From Naegleria gruberi (Eukaryota), in assembly GCA_000004985.1 (NCBI GenBank), contig GG738863.1: 64,000 nt of DNA; one strand, 5' to 3'. A program made the position numbers and the translations under genes. Below, in pieces: positions 20,301 through 31,625 of this stretch (its first letter is position 1; every line of letters starts with the position of its first letter). The notes beneath the pieces were generated by a model, which worked only from the letters and a program-made list of their open reading frames with translations, did not search any database and was not told where the DNA came from.

Positions 20301-22816
20301 TTAATCAGATTGGATTGCTTTCAAGCTGAGATGATCTGATACACTCTTTGGACTTTCTAATGCTAAACGACTTGATCTAAGACCAAGTTTAATACATTTT
20401 TCAATTGGTTCATTACAGAAAAGTCCAAAGCAGAAACCTCCTGAAAAATTATCTCCACATCCAGTTACATTAGCTATGAAATTATCAAGTCAGATATTGT
20501 AAGCTATCAGTACTATCAAAAATTTAACATACCTTTTGGATCAGAAAGTTTTTCTCTCTTTGGAAGAGCTGCATAGTGCTTGATTACCATCTTCCCCTTT
20601 ATAAGTGTTCCGTGTTTGAGTCCTTTTGGTCCCTTTTCAAAGAATTAGAATTTTAGTTTGTGATTCATTCAACTTACCTGTGTTAAAAGTACATGTTTAA
20701 CACCAGCTTTTTCCAGTAAAACTCTAATGCATTCATCAGCACTCAGTTTAACTTTCTTTTTCAAAAAACATTCCACAATACTGAATATTTCATGCTCATT
20801 AGGTTTGATATAAGTGATACAATCAAGAATTCCTGCAACAACAGCTTGTTTTGATTTGGCAATACTCGTTGGATCTAAAAAGATGTCTGCTTTACCTTTC
20901 AATAATTTTCCAATTGCTTTAAACGCATCGACTGAGGAGTTACTATCAAGGAATACTATTGGATTTTGCTTTTCATTAAGGAGGGAAGTAAGGCACATCT
21001 CTATATGTTTGGTGGTTTTGGCATCTGTCAAAATTGCCATATCTGCGACAGCTGAAACAAGTTCACCAGTTTCATCAATCAAACAATTGTAAATTGCAGT
21101 TCTGTTGTTAATATTCTCAATGACTGTTTTTTCTGGCATTTGAATTTTAAGATCATACCTCAAGTGAGAAAGAAGAGATTTTCCAAATGTATCACCACCA
21201 ACAGATGTAACAAAGTTGAGTGGTAATTTTTCAAGATCTGTAGATTGTAAGAGTTTTGAAAGTACCTCACATACATTTCTTGCCACACCCCCAAATGACA
21301 GTGACACTGATCCAATATTTGAAGTTTTTGGAATTAGTTTAGTACCTTGTTGTGGTTGACACATAATATCCAAAACTGAACCACCAATAACCACTAATTC
21401 ACGTTTCTGGGATCCAAACGGAGATAATTTAGAAAGAATTGATTTTTTCTCAGATTGAGCATACTTTAAGTCGTCCAAGAATAAATCTTTTTCTAGAGTT
21501 TTATCCAAGAAGTTATTCTATTTATTTACAATTACTGTTATTATAGTCAAATAAATAATTAAATAAAGAAACTTACATTTAAACTTTGAATCTTGCTCAA
21601 TTCAACAGCAATTTGTGCACCAACACGAGCATTATTCAAGACTAATTCAATATTAGCTCTCAAACTATCACCTCCTGTTAATTCGTTAATACGTTGTAAA
21701 AGGAATGGTGTAACATCCTTTCCTTTAACGTTCTTTTGTTTGGCTTCAGTTAAACCTTGTTCAATGGCCTTAGTCAAGATTCCAGATTTAGCTTCCAAAT
21801 TTTCTGGAATTGGAACAGCAACCAACATTCCAGAATTTAATCCAAGTTGAAGATTTGAATTAATTAATTTGGCACATTCAAGAGGTGAATCCAATCTACA
21901 ATGAGCTTTACAACCACTCTTTGATGTAAAGAAAGCAGGGAATTCATCAGTTTGATAAGATGCTACTGTCACACCTTGAGTTTCTAAATATTCAAGAGTT
22001 CTTGGAATATCCAAAATTGATTTAACACCAGCAGAAACTACCAATGTTGGTGTTCTTCCTAATTCTGTCAAATCACTACTAACATCCATTGGATCAATTT
22101 CATTATTATTTAAAACTCTATGTACACCTCCAATACCACCTGTGACAAAGACATGAATTCCAAAACGATGAGCCAAAAGCATTGTTGCAGAAACAGTAGT
22201 AGCACCATGTTTTTGTTGACTACAAACCAAAGCAACATCTCTTCTCGAACACTTTACAACTTTCTTTTCAGATCCTAATTTTCCAAATTTATCCAATTCT
22301 TGATCATTAATTCCAACATGAATAATACCATCAATAATACAAATAGTGGCAGGTGTAGCACCATATTTTCTAATTTGATCTTCAACACGTTTAGCAGTTT
22401 CAATATTCTTTGGATAAGGCATTCCATGACTATATTCATCGTTAAATTATTATTCAATTATTATTTAATATATATTTAAATTCAATATTAATATTAATTA
22501 TTATTCATTGATCAAAAGATGATGAATTTAATTAAACTAACCTAATAATTGTAGATTCCAATGCAACAACAGCCTTGTTTTGTGCGAGGGCTTCCTTTAC
22601 TTCGGGATGAATCTTAGCCTTCACCAAATAATCATCAAATGAATTCTTCTTAGCCTTTTCAGCAGACATTGTATTCACTAAATTCGATTGATGTTGTTCA
22701 ACAACAACAGGAGAGGAATTGCTTTGGAACATGGAAGCGAATTGGCTCACTCTATTGGAAAACAAATGATCCCTGATGGAAAATAATCTTCTTTGTGTTG
22801 TATCGTTGTTTTGCAT
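20301..22816 (-). CDS. Bifunctional pseudouridine-5'-phosphate glycosidase / pseudouridine kinase; a PsuG-PsuK fusion of at least 5 exons.
   Basis: The PsuG/IndA-like part spans exons 22532-22816 and 21559-22422: ...KIHPEVKEALAQNKAVVALESTIIRLV|SHGMPYPKNIETAKRVEDQIRKYGATPATICIIDGIIHVGIN...VVSAGVKSILDIPRTLEYLETQGV. At the end of the PsuG ORF, the donor AAT|GTAAGT at about 21585 and acceptor AAATAG at about 21530 join in frame to the PfkB-family kinase exon 20669-21508 (...VVIGGSVLDIMCQ...SFGGVARNV...). Two more exons follow and include the PfkB motif VTGCGDNFSGGF. The stop is at about 20301. Confidence 0.75.
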
Positions 22817-23002
22817 TTTTTTATTACTTTAATATTTAAATATTAAATATATTTAAATATATTAAAGTATTAAAGAATGAACAGATGGTAAAAAGAATGG
22901 AAAATCATGTGGTGAAAATTGTCTTTGGAGATTCTTTTTGGAAATCTTCAAAACTCCTCGGAAATTCCATGAATTAGTTTCTTCCACACACTAGAAAAAA
23001 AT

Positions 23003-24233
23003 GTCTTCATCATCGGAGGAACACGTGCTGTCGCCAGCTCTATCAACATTCAGTGCTGTCGTATGTAAATCTATTCATCAGATGATTGTGAGATTTGAAT
23101 TTATTGATTTTTAATATCTTTGTAATTGATGATTTTAATGATTTGATGTTTTATTATATATATATTGGAATGATTATGATGATGAATTTAAATGATATAA
23201 TATATAAACAGGTCGGATGGGGATACTTTTTAGCATGGTCACTTTCTTTCTATCCACAAAATATTGAAAATTTCTGGAGAAAGAGTGTTGTTGGTTTGAG
23301 TTTTGATTTCTTAACTTTGAATATTATTGGACACACTTCCTATTTGATTTTTAATTGTGTCTTGTTTTGGGATCCTACAATGAAAAAGCAATATGAACTT
23401 AGACATGGCTCAGCAAATGTTCAAACAAATGATGTCTTCTTTTCGATACATGCAGTGACTTTGACTGCCATTACAATTTTCCAATGTATTATTTATGAAA
23501 GAGGTGGACAAACTATTTCAGTTCTTGCTAGAGGAATCAGTTTGACATTATTATTGTCAATTAGTGTTGCTGTCTTTTTGGCATTAGGTACTAGAATTGA
23601 ATGGGTTGACTTTTTAAAGTATTTGGGTATTGTTAAATTGTAAGTTTTTATTGATGAGTGTTAAATATTGAAATTTGAAAAGAATTGTTACAACTATTAA
23701 GGTATGTTTTCAATCAGTTGATTAATTAATTAATTCATTCATGTAATTGGAAATAGTACATTCCACAAGCATTTATCAATTACAAGAGAAAATTAACAAT
23801 TGGTTGGAGTATTGGAAATATCTTGTTAGATTTTTCAGGAGGAGCTCTTTCAATTTTCCAAATGGTCATTGATGGAATTAATACTGGAGATTGGACACCT
23901 TTCTATGGTGATTTCGTCAAGACAGGACTTGGATTCCTTTCTATTGCATTTGATATAATTTTCATGATTCAACATTACATTCTCTATCGTAAGAATAATA
24001 AGGAATATTATGCAAAATTGAGAGAAACTAGGAAATTATCCATGTATGAGGAGATGTGGGAATCATTCAAGACTAAATTCCTTTCAAGATTTAGAAAGAA
24101 TAGACAACAAGAACAACAACATTCTGAGAATGGTGAATCAAATCCATTAATTGTTTCGAATGGTGAATCTTTGGAACCAAATAATGTTCAATCATCAACA
24201 TATTATCAACAAGAAGAAGGAGCAACCATTTAA
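23003..24233 (+). CDS. Cystinosin-like PQ-loop lysosomal transporter; at least 3-4 exons.
   Basis: Exon 1 (ATG at about 23003, MSSSSEEHVLSPALSTFSAV) joins through GTATGT...AAACAG to ORF 23095-23643 (VGWGYFLAWSLSFYPQNIENFWRKSVVGLSFDFL..., first PQ loop). The second PQ loop is in ORF 23823-24233 (...KYIPQAFINYKRKLTIGWSIGNILLDFSGGALSIFQ). In total there are about 7 predicted transmembrane helices. A possible 19-nt micro-exon lies at about 23683-23701. Confidence 0.7.
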
Positions 24234-24726
24234 ATTATGATGGTGTTTTTTTTCATTTCAAACATTAAATATTTTGTAAAATACAATACTTCCATTTTTG
24301 TATAAACCACTATCTTGTTTAAATTGTCACTAATCATTAGAACAACAATAATTGTAAAAGATGGTTGTACAATATACCTTACGGTAGTTAGTTTCAGTTT
24401 TATGATTCCAAGTCAAGTTGATGAGTACTGACACTATTTCATAAAATAATCAATTGACATCTAATGCCAATCTCTGCTTAATGTTTATTGTTTCGCTCTC
24501 ATTACTCTTTTGAAATCGATTAATGCCTCAAAGATTCAATGTAACGATTTCGTACTGGTAGTAGTTTCCTCACTTTTTTACAAATAACCGAAAAACAGTC
24601 AACTAACAAAAAACCTTCAAATGCTGTCACTATCTCCTTAATTTTAATGTAAATTCATAAAGAAAAAGAGACAACCCTCACACTAATCAACAAGTGTATT
24701 TTAATTGGTTGACGTTTAAGAGAAAT

Positions 24727-25605
24727 ATGACTTCACTTTCAAATCCATCAAATAACATTTTGACAGCTGCCATGAATAATTCAACAACTACTTACCATCA
24801 ACAAGGACATGTTTCTGCAGAACAAGCCCTCCTTTCCATGATTAGTAATCCAAACTCCTCCCTTTCATTCTCCAATCCAAATTCCAATAATTCCTTCTTA
24901 CTTTCCAATAACTTTAATCCTCAACAACAACAACAAATCTTGAATTCCTCAGCCAATTCTCAACAGATTATGAATCCACAACAAGAATATATGAAACACA
25001 TTCTAATGAGAATTGATCAATCTCTTGATATGGTCTCTCAAAATCTGTTCAGAGATTTGGACAGTTTCTACATGATGCAACATCAAGAATTTAATCATAA
25101 AAAGAGAAAGTTTTCAGAATATGAAGAAGCTACTGATTACAATCATGGTATTGGTGCTGAGTTGATTGAAGAAGGTGCAGAGGGAGTTGGTTGTAACAAT
25201 TCGTCCAATTTCGTCCAAAAATCAGCAGTTCAACAAGAACTTGACAATGAATCCATTGAATTACAACAATTAACTGATTGGATTCAAAATAAGAAGAGAA
25301 AGAAGAATACCTCTCAAGGAAAAAAGGAAATTTTGAAAGAATTCTTAATGCTCAATAAGAATAATCCATATCCATCCGAAAGACAGAAAGAAATTTTCAT
25401 GAAGGAACTTGATTACGATAAGAAACAACTTAACAATTGGTTTATCAATGCTAGAAAGAGATATTTACGAAAGAAGGTTGCCTATACTCCACCAGATATT
25501 AGAAACAAGAATGAATTTGATTCAATTTTGGAAAATAAGGTTAGACAATCAATGAATCACAATGGAGAGGAAGATGATGAGCAGAATTTACCACTTCTCA
25601 ACTAG
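24727..25605 (+). CDS. TALE-class homeobox transcription factor.
   Basis: The homeodomain KKRKKNTSQGKKEILKEFLMLNKNNPYPSERQKEIFMKELDYDKKQLNNWFINARKRYLRKK has the three-residue loop insertion and the WFINAR(K/R)R helix-3 signature of TALE homeodomains. The upstream region is N/Q/S-rich. The first ATG (MTSLSNPS) is at about 24727; the track ORF starts earlier on an alternative codon. Confidence 0.75.
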   Translation: MTSLSNPSNNILTAAMNNSTTTYHQQGHVSAEQALLSMISNPNSSLSFSNPNSNNSFLLSNNFNPQQQQQILNSSANSQQIMNPQQEYMKHILMRIDQSLDMVSQNLFRDLDSFYMMQHQEFNHKKRKFSEYEEATDYNHGIGAELIEEGAEGVGCNNSSNFVQKSAVQQELDNESIELQQLTDWIQNKKRKKNTSQGKKEILKEFLMLNKNNPYPSERQKEIFMKELDYDKKQLNNWFINARKRYLRKKVAYTPPDIRNKNEFDSILENKVRQSMNHNGEEDDEQNLPLLN

Positions 25606-25697
25606 GAAATGCTAGGAAATTTAATATTCGAGTTTAAATAAATGTAAAATAATAATGTAAATAATTATTCGAAAGTGAAAAAGTTTAATCAAAAAAA

Positions 25698-26852
25698 ATG
25701 AATAGACTTTGGGATGAATCATCATTGGAATCTGTGGATATTTTTTCTCATGTTTTTCAATATTTAAAGTTAGAGGAATTATATACGCTTCAAAAAGTTT
25801 CTCCCTTTTTTTACCGAACTATCGAATATTTAAAATCACTTCTCATCAAACCACTCTTTGATATTGGAATAGTTTCAAGTGATAGGGATCAATTAGAAGA
25901 CTTTATTCAACTTTTCCTAAAAGAAAAATTAACATCCACCAATCCGAAACCTTTCCACAATATAAATGAGCTAAAGACAAGCAACCAAAAAGACGAAATG
26001 CACAGTGTGAGTTTTAATGGATCACAAATTCACGTCTTCCACCCAATTGAAAAGGAATTCATTCTCAAAAAGGATCGATACAGAGTATTTTTCTATCCTC
26101 TTCTTTGTGAATACAAGACAAGTCTTGCCCATGGAGAATTCGAACGATTGGATGGGTTTATCTTTCTGAAACCGAAAGATTTGAGTATCTATGCCAGTAT
26201 GCCGAGAGGTTGTGGCTATTGTGCAACTCTGTTGGAATTGGGAGAGTCTGGAATAAGCTCTAATGATGAAGCATTGAGTATGCCAGTTAGTGAATTTGGA
26301 AAATTTAAAATTGAGAGAATGGAAAGATTGAATATCGAAAAGGAAATTATTAATAGTCTGAATTATATTTCGGAAAATTCAGGTCGAGTATTGGATTTGA
26401 ATTCTTCGGAGGAGGGTGGAGTGAAAACTTGTTTATTGGAGAAAATAGAGTCGATTATAAGAGAGCCAAATGATGGAAAAGTTACTGATATGGTTTACTG
26501 TCTATTTAAAAAGAGGTTTAGTTTAAGATATTTGATATTGGCAGAGAAAGTGAGATACACAGTAAGAAAATTGAATTTCTTCAATTTACCTCATAATGTT
26601 CAATTCAGTCTGTTGGAAAGATTGTACAGAGCTGAAATGGGACAGAATGCTGTCAAAATAATTGACGATGTGTATTCCATTAAGGTTATTTACAACAGCG
26701 GTTTAAAATATGTTCTAAACTATCAAAAAAACAAATGGGAAACAAAGGAATTTGAAACTACGATATTATTTGATTTGGTTTCTCAGGAAATTAGATTTGA
26801 CAGCAAGCAAACGAACAGATACACTAATAATTCCAAATGTATAATTTGTTAA
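25698..26852 (+). CDS. F-box-like domain protein (hypothetical).
   Basis: The N-terminus reads SVDIFSHVFQYLKLEELYTLQKVSPFFYRTIEY, an F-box-like L-x-x-L pattern. The remainder is unrecognised. Confidence 0.45.
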   Translation: MNRLWDESSLESVDIFSHVFQYLKLEELYTLQKVSPFFYRTIEYLKSLLIKPLFDIGIVSSDRDQLEDFIQLFLKEKLTSTNPKPFHNINELKTSNQKDEMHSVSFNGSQIHVFHPIEKEFILKKDRYRVFFYPLLCEYKTSLAHGEFERLDGFIFLKPKDLSIYASMPRGCGYCATLLELGESGISSNDEALSMPVSEFGKFKIERMERLNIEKEIINSLNYISENSGRVLDLNSSEEGGVKTCLLEKIESIIREPNDGKVTDMVYCLFKKRFSLRYLILAEKVRYTVRKLNFFNLPHNVQFSLLERLYRAEMGQNAVKIIDDVYSIKVIYNSGLKYVLNYQKNKWETKEFETTILFDLVSQEIRFDSKQTNRYTNNSKCIIC

Positions 26853-26869
26853 TTAAATATTAAATTGAT

Positions 26870-29581
26870 TCAGTAATATTGATAACCATCCAACTGCTTA
26901 ATTTTCGACTCTCTATCTCTATTAAAGGTTATTCTTTTTAGTATGTCACCTTCTTTTTCGAGGATTGTTATATGATCTAGCTGATCAGAATAAATAGCAT
27001 CCCTTCGTTGTGTCAAAAAATCTTGTGCACTAAGGGTTGAATAGGTTGGCTCAGCACTTCCATGTTCAAGAATATCATCATATTCCTCAATGCATACATT
27101 AGAAATCATACTGTCATCACTGTAATAAGTTTCCTCATTTGATGATTCGCTGTCACTACTTTCAGTATCACTCTCATATCTATTTTTGAGCAAGTTGATT
27201 GGTGTTTCAGTTTCATAATCTTTATCCATTTCATCATCTTGAGTTTCATCCAAATAACTTGACTCAAATTGTCCTTCAATAATCTCAATTAAGGTGTTCA
27301 AAATTGTTTCATCACGAATAAACTTTTCCAGTTGATTTCTTACTTCTTCTGAATTAATTTGCATTATTTCTACCAAATTATTTTCAAATTCTCCAAGTTT
27401 CACATATTCCCTATCAACACTTTGGTAATCTAAATTTGTTGTGGAGGTAATCAAAGATCCAGCCAAAGACACATCTGCACCAATAATAAAATCTCTCTCA
27501 GAGAAATTGGCAATATCTTCAGCAAGAGTGAAATTGTTGGAGATTAAATTCTCACAAGCTTGTTGAATAAACATCTTGGCATTTGGCATGATTTTGATAT
27601 CACACTTGAAATCGAGTGAAGTTTCTTGAATAAGAGGCCCTATATGATTTTTTGGAATTACTAAATCTTTTCTGAAAACAAACTCTGGTCCTATTGTAAT
27701 ACTTGTTTCATCATTGGTTGTTTCAGTTACTACCTCTTTTGGTTGTTCGTCATCTTGATCATTTTCTATTGAATTGGCTTTTCTCTTTAGAATTTTAACA
27801 AAGTTTCCATCATCTTGTTCACTCATATATCCATTCATCATATTAACAAAGTCAAAATATTCGTATCTACTATAACTCCAATCAACAAGCTCAAGTTCTT
27901 CAAGAGGTTTCCGTAATTTTCTCAAATTTTCATTGTAAACGTAATCCTTGTGAGGATTTCTCTTTCTTTTCGATGCTTTTACATTTTTCATTTCCTTCAC
28001 AACCCATTCGTACGACAATCCATACTCATTTTCAGATTCATCAGATTCGTCAGAATCATCAGAATCTTCATCCATTAATTCATCATTGAATGATTTTTCT
28101 ACAATTACGAATTCCTTCATTGGTGTATAATGTTTGTCATCTACAACACCTGCTTCATCCAACAAGATGCCCTTCTCCAAGCTCAGCTTGTGAAGATCGT
28201 TTGGTCTGTCGACATCTTTGATTTTCTCCACTGTATCAAATGTTATATTCACTTGTCCATATTTTCCTTCCAATATTTCAAGTATTTGAGATTGTTCTGA
28301 ATTGACTTCACCAATTTTGCAAAGAGTGAAACAGTTGAGTTTCCTTCCTCTGTGTTCAATTTTTGATTCAACAAATGGATTTGCCAAGTATTTGTGAATT
28401 AGCAATTCACACATTTCAACATTTCTCTTTTTGACTGCATGATGAAGAATTGTCAATCCACATCCATCATGAATATAGGTCTTTACATGTGCCTCAAGAC
28501 AAACATTCAAACAATCCAAACTTGATGTATTCGAAAGAGAGGCAAGTGTTGTTTCATTCTTATTTCCAACATTTAAACACCATTCCAATAATTGTGAACT
28601 GTTTATCCAAACTGCCAAATGTTGTAAATAAAATCCTTTTGATATCTTTGGTATAAAACTATCAAATACTTCACATGTTTCATAATTTCTCTTCATACCA
28701 ATATCACTGAATCTCATTCTATCAACCTTAATTCCACACACTCTCAGTTTTTTCATTATATTGGTTACTAAACATGAACTGATTGAACTACCAGATACTA
28801 AACATGAACTATCTGAGTTATTTGATTCTTTTTTCAAACAGTTAATACCTTGAAACTTTTCAATAATAAATAAAATGTAATCTCTTGGAATGCAAGAGTA
28901 TGTATCATCCAATTCACTCCAGCAGTTCGCAATATCTTCATCAAACAAACTTCGTGTTTCAATGATTTCTAATAAATTCTTGTCAAAAATGATTTTATCA
29001 TTCCATTCAATTTCTTTTGGTTTCTCTTGCCATGAATTCACAAGTTTAACAGCTGGTTCAAATAATTTGCCAAAAAACAATCCAATAGGAATTGAGACTT
29101 GACCCATTCCAATGTGTGAAATCATCTCTCTTCCTAAACATGATTGAATCATTGCTTTTAACACCAATGCCTTCTCTTTCGAATAACTTTTAATCCATTC
29201 TTCAAATCTTTCAAATAAATTCATTGATTTATCATCATTTTCAGATTCATACGTAATTAATTCTTCATCTCTTGTAAGATAGACAACCTGGCTTTCTTCA
29301 TCCTTGGTAAAATCTTTGAATTTGTTTCTATGAGTTTTAAATAATAATTGATCATGAAATGCATGTGTTGGAAAGAAGGAATCGGAATCTGAAAATTTAT
29401 TATTCTTTCCTCTCAATTGATTCATCAAAACATTCCAAAAAGCAGCTTCATCATCAAGCAGAACTCGGAATGTTTTGTTAATGTTTCTAAAAGTGATAAT
29501 TTGATGAAACAATTGATATGGATCCACTTGAAAATAAAAGATGTTTTCCAATATTTCATTGGGCAGATCTGTTAATAACAT
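26870..29581 (-). CDS. F-box-like protein with ankyrin-like and acidic regions (903 aa).
   Basis: The N-terminus reads MLLTDLPNEILENIFYFQVDPYQLFHQIITFRNINKTFRVLL, an F-box. An ankyrin-like unit (GLTILHHAVKKRNVEMCELLIHKYLANP) follows, and there are D/E/S-rich acidic tracts. It is convergent with the upstream F-box gene; the stops are 17 bp apart. Confidence 0.5.
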   Translation of the reverse strand: MLLTDLPNEILENIFYFQVDPYQLFHQIITFRNINKTFRVLLDDEAAFWNVLMNQLRGKNNKFSDSDSFFPTHAFHDQLLFKTHRNKFKDFTKDEESQVVYLTRDEELITYESENDDKSMNLFERFEEWIKSYSKEKALVLKAMIQSCLGREMISHIGMGQVSIPIGLFFGKLFEPAVKLVNSWQEKPKEIEWNDKIIFDKNLLEIIETRSLFDEDIANCWSELDDTYSCIPRDYILFIIEKFQGINCLKKESNNSDSSCLVSGSSISSCLVTNIMKKLRVCGIKVDRMRFSDIGMKRNYETCEVFDSFIPKISKGFYLQHLAVWINSSQLLEWCLNVGNKNETTLASLSNTSSLDCLNVCLEAHVKTYIHDGCGLTILHHAVKKRNVEMCELLIHKYLANPFVESKIEHRGRKLNCFTLCKIGEVNSEQSQILEILEGKYGQVNITFDTVEKIKDVDRPNDLHKLSLEKGILLDEAGVVDDKHYTPMKEFVIVEKSFNDELMDEDSDDSDESDESENEYGLSYEWVVKEMKNVKASKRKRNPHKDYVYNENLRKLRKPLEELELVDWSYSRYEYFDFVNMMNGYMSEQDDGNFVKILKRKANSIENDQDDEQPKEVVTETTNDETSITIGPEFVFRKDLVIPKNHIGPLIQETSLDFKCDIKIMPNAKMFIQQACENLISNNFTLAEDIANFSERDFIIGADVSLAGSLITSTTNLDYQSVDREYVKLGEFENNLVEIMQINSEEVRNQLEKFIRDETILNTLIEIIEGQFESSYLDETQDDEMDKDYETETPINLLKNRYESDTESSDSESSNEETYYSDDSMISNVCIEEYDDILEHGSAEPTYSTLSAQDFLTQRRDAIYSDQLDHITILEKEGDILKRITFNRDRESKIKQLDGYQYY

Positions 29582-29975
29582 TTTTTTTAGCTAATTCTAT
29601 TCATAATCGATTGGATTTGAAATTGGCATTCTGTTCACTCAAGTTTTATTATCAATACAAGTCAATTAATCTGTTTTAAGGGAAGTTAATTCTAGTTTAC
29701 TATATCTTTTGGTAATTGTAAATTATTTGATTCCATTCATTCACACAACCTTAATTGTTAGTGTTTGTACTTGTAATTTGCAACTTGATTTATGTAATAA
29801 ATTGAAAATTGAGGACCTTATCATCAATAACTTACCAAGTTGTTCAAACAATAGTTGTTCAAAATCAATGATCTAAACTATACACCTAGATTTTTTACAA
29901 ATCCAAACGTATCGATAGGATATTACGACTCTATTGTAAAATGTGATTGGAATTAACTCCGAGGACAATTTAAAA

Positions 29976-31376
29976 ATGAAAAGAAAGGCAGAAGCAGATT
30001 CTATCGAAAACGAGAAGAAACAAAAACCAAATAATTTCCAACACTATCATGATGACTCGGAAGACAAGGTAACATTCTATCTCGATTTAAACATTGCATC
30101 AAAATTGCTTTCAGATAAAATCAGAGACAACACAGACAAGACGAAAATAAGGAGATTTGTTACCAAGATCAAAAACAGCTCCACAGAAGAAGAAGGAAGA
30201 AATATTATGCGAGAATTCAATGTTGATGTGGTAAAAGAGAGATTTTTACTCACTCAATTGTGTAATTCAATTTTTAACAAGAAAATAATTTGGATTGGAT
30301 CTTTATTCAAGTTGTGGAATAATAGAACATTTGTGGAGAATATAGTTAAACAAAGTGGTAAATATTATTCATACTTTGAGTACGCATCTGAATCATTAAG
30401 GAATGACAGAGAAATGGTGATGATGGCAGTTCAACATGACAGCTTTGCACTTGGACGTGTATCTAAAGAATTAAAGAATGACAAAGAAATTGTAATGCTT
30501 GCTGTACAAACACTTGGCCTCACTCTTATTCATGCATCGACAGAATTGAAAAGTGATCGAGAAATTGTTTTGAAGGCAGTTCAGAAGGATGGTAAAGCAC
30601 TTTCGTGGGCAGCTGAAGAATTGAAAAGCGACAGAGAAATTGTAATGGCTGCTGTGAAACAATGGGGAAAATCAATCCAAAATGCATCTAAAGAATTGCA
30701 ACGTGACAGAGAAATTGTACTAAATGCCGTTCAACAGGATGGAAGAGCTCTTGATTATGCATGTGAGGAACTGCACAGTGATAGAGAACTTGTATTGGCT
30801 GCTGTCAAACAATATGGTAAAGCAATAGAAATTGCATCCACCAAATTGCAACAAGACAGAGAAATTGTAATGGCTGCCATTCAACAAGACATTGAAGCAC
30901 TCGAATATGCATCTGAATTATTAAGAGATGATAGAGAATTTATCAAAATGTTTGCTCTCTACAATGGAATTAGAGCACTTTCTTATGCAAGTGATGAATT
31001 TCAAAGTGATAGAGAAATTGTAATGCTTGCTGTAAAACAAAATGGTGTAGCACTTGCGTATGCATCTGAAAAATTGCAAGGTGATAGAGAAATTGTAATG
31101 CTTGCTGTTCAACAAGATGGATTAGCTCTTGAGTCTGCATCTGAAGAATTGAGGAATGATAGAGAAATTGTATTGGCTGCTGTTCAACAAGACGGATCAG
31201 CTCTTCAATTTACATCTGAGGAATTTCAACGTGATAGAGAAATTGTAAAAGCTGCAGTGAAACAAAATAATGATTCAATTATTTATGCAGCCGATGAAAT
31301 GAAATATGATAGAGAAATTTGTGAATTACTTTCTGAGGAGGAAGATGAAGAAGAAGATGAAGAGGAGGAAGAATAA
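29976..31376 (+). CDS. DUF4116-type tandem-repeat protein with about 13 copies of a 25-aa DREIV(L/M)AAVQQ(D/N)G.AL.YAS.EL(K/Q)xD unit, an acidic poly-E tail and an N-terminal region of unknown function.
   Basis: Near-perfect 75-nt periodicity runs from about 30405 to 31335, for example SDREIVLKAVQKDGKALSWAAEELK, SDREIVMAAVKQWGKSIQNASKELQ and RDREIVLNAVQQDGRALDYACEELH. The protein ends EEEDEEEDEEEEE. The antisense ORFs 30471-30662 and 30921-31115 are repeat artefacts. Confidence 0.7.
   Translation: MKRKAEADSIENEKKQKPNNFQHYHDDSEDKVTFYLDLNIASKLLSDKIRDNTDKTKIRRFVTKIKNSSTEEEGRNIMREFNVDVVKERFLLTQLCNSIFNKKIIWIGSLFKLWNNRTFVENIVKQSGKYYSYFEYASESLRNDREMVMMAVQHDSFALGRVSKELKNDKEIVMLAVQTLGLTLIHASTELKSDREIVLKAVQKDGKALSWAAEELKSDREIVMAAVKQWGKSIQNASKELQRDREIVLNAVQQDGRALDYACEELHSDRELVLAAVKQYGKAIEIASTKLQQDREIVMAAIQQDIEALEYASELLRDDREFIKMFALYNGIRALSYASDEFQSDREIVMLAVKQNGVALAYASEKLQGDREIVMLAVQQDGLALESASEELRNDREIVLAAVQQDGSALQFTSEEFQRDREIVKAAVKQNNDSIIYAADEMKYDREICELLSEEEDEEEDEEEEE
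30405..31335 (+). repeat. Tandem 75-nt coding repeat array (about 13 units) inside the DUF4116-type gene.
   Basis: Visible DNA-level periodicity: ...gatagagaaattgtaatg(g/c)ctgctgt(g/t)(a/c)aacaa... recurs every 75 nt. Confidence 0.8.
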
Positions 31377-31625
31377 ATATTTCGTGAGCCAACTCTTATT
31401 CTATGTTCTAATTGTCGAATTATGATTTTCTGATTTAAAGTTATTTCATTAATTCCTATTGCAGGAATTATTTCCAAGGTTATAAAAACTATTGTAAGGC
31501 AAATGAGGGTACAAAACATTTTTAAGTTATTTTTATCATTTCCACCAAAGAGAATTCTTCCCGCCAACGAAATTCAAAAAAACCTTGAAGCCTCTGTTAT
31601 GTGCTGAAGAAAAGGCTTAAAAAAA

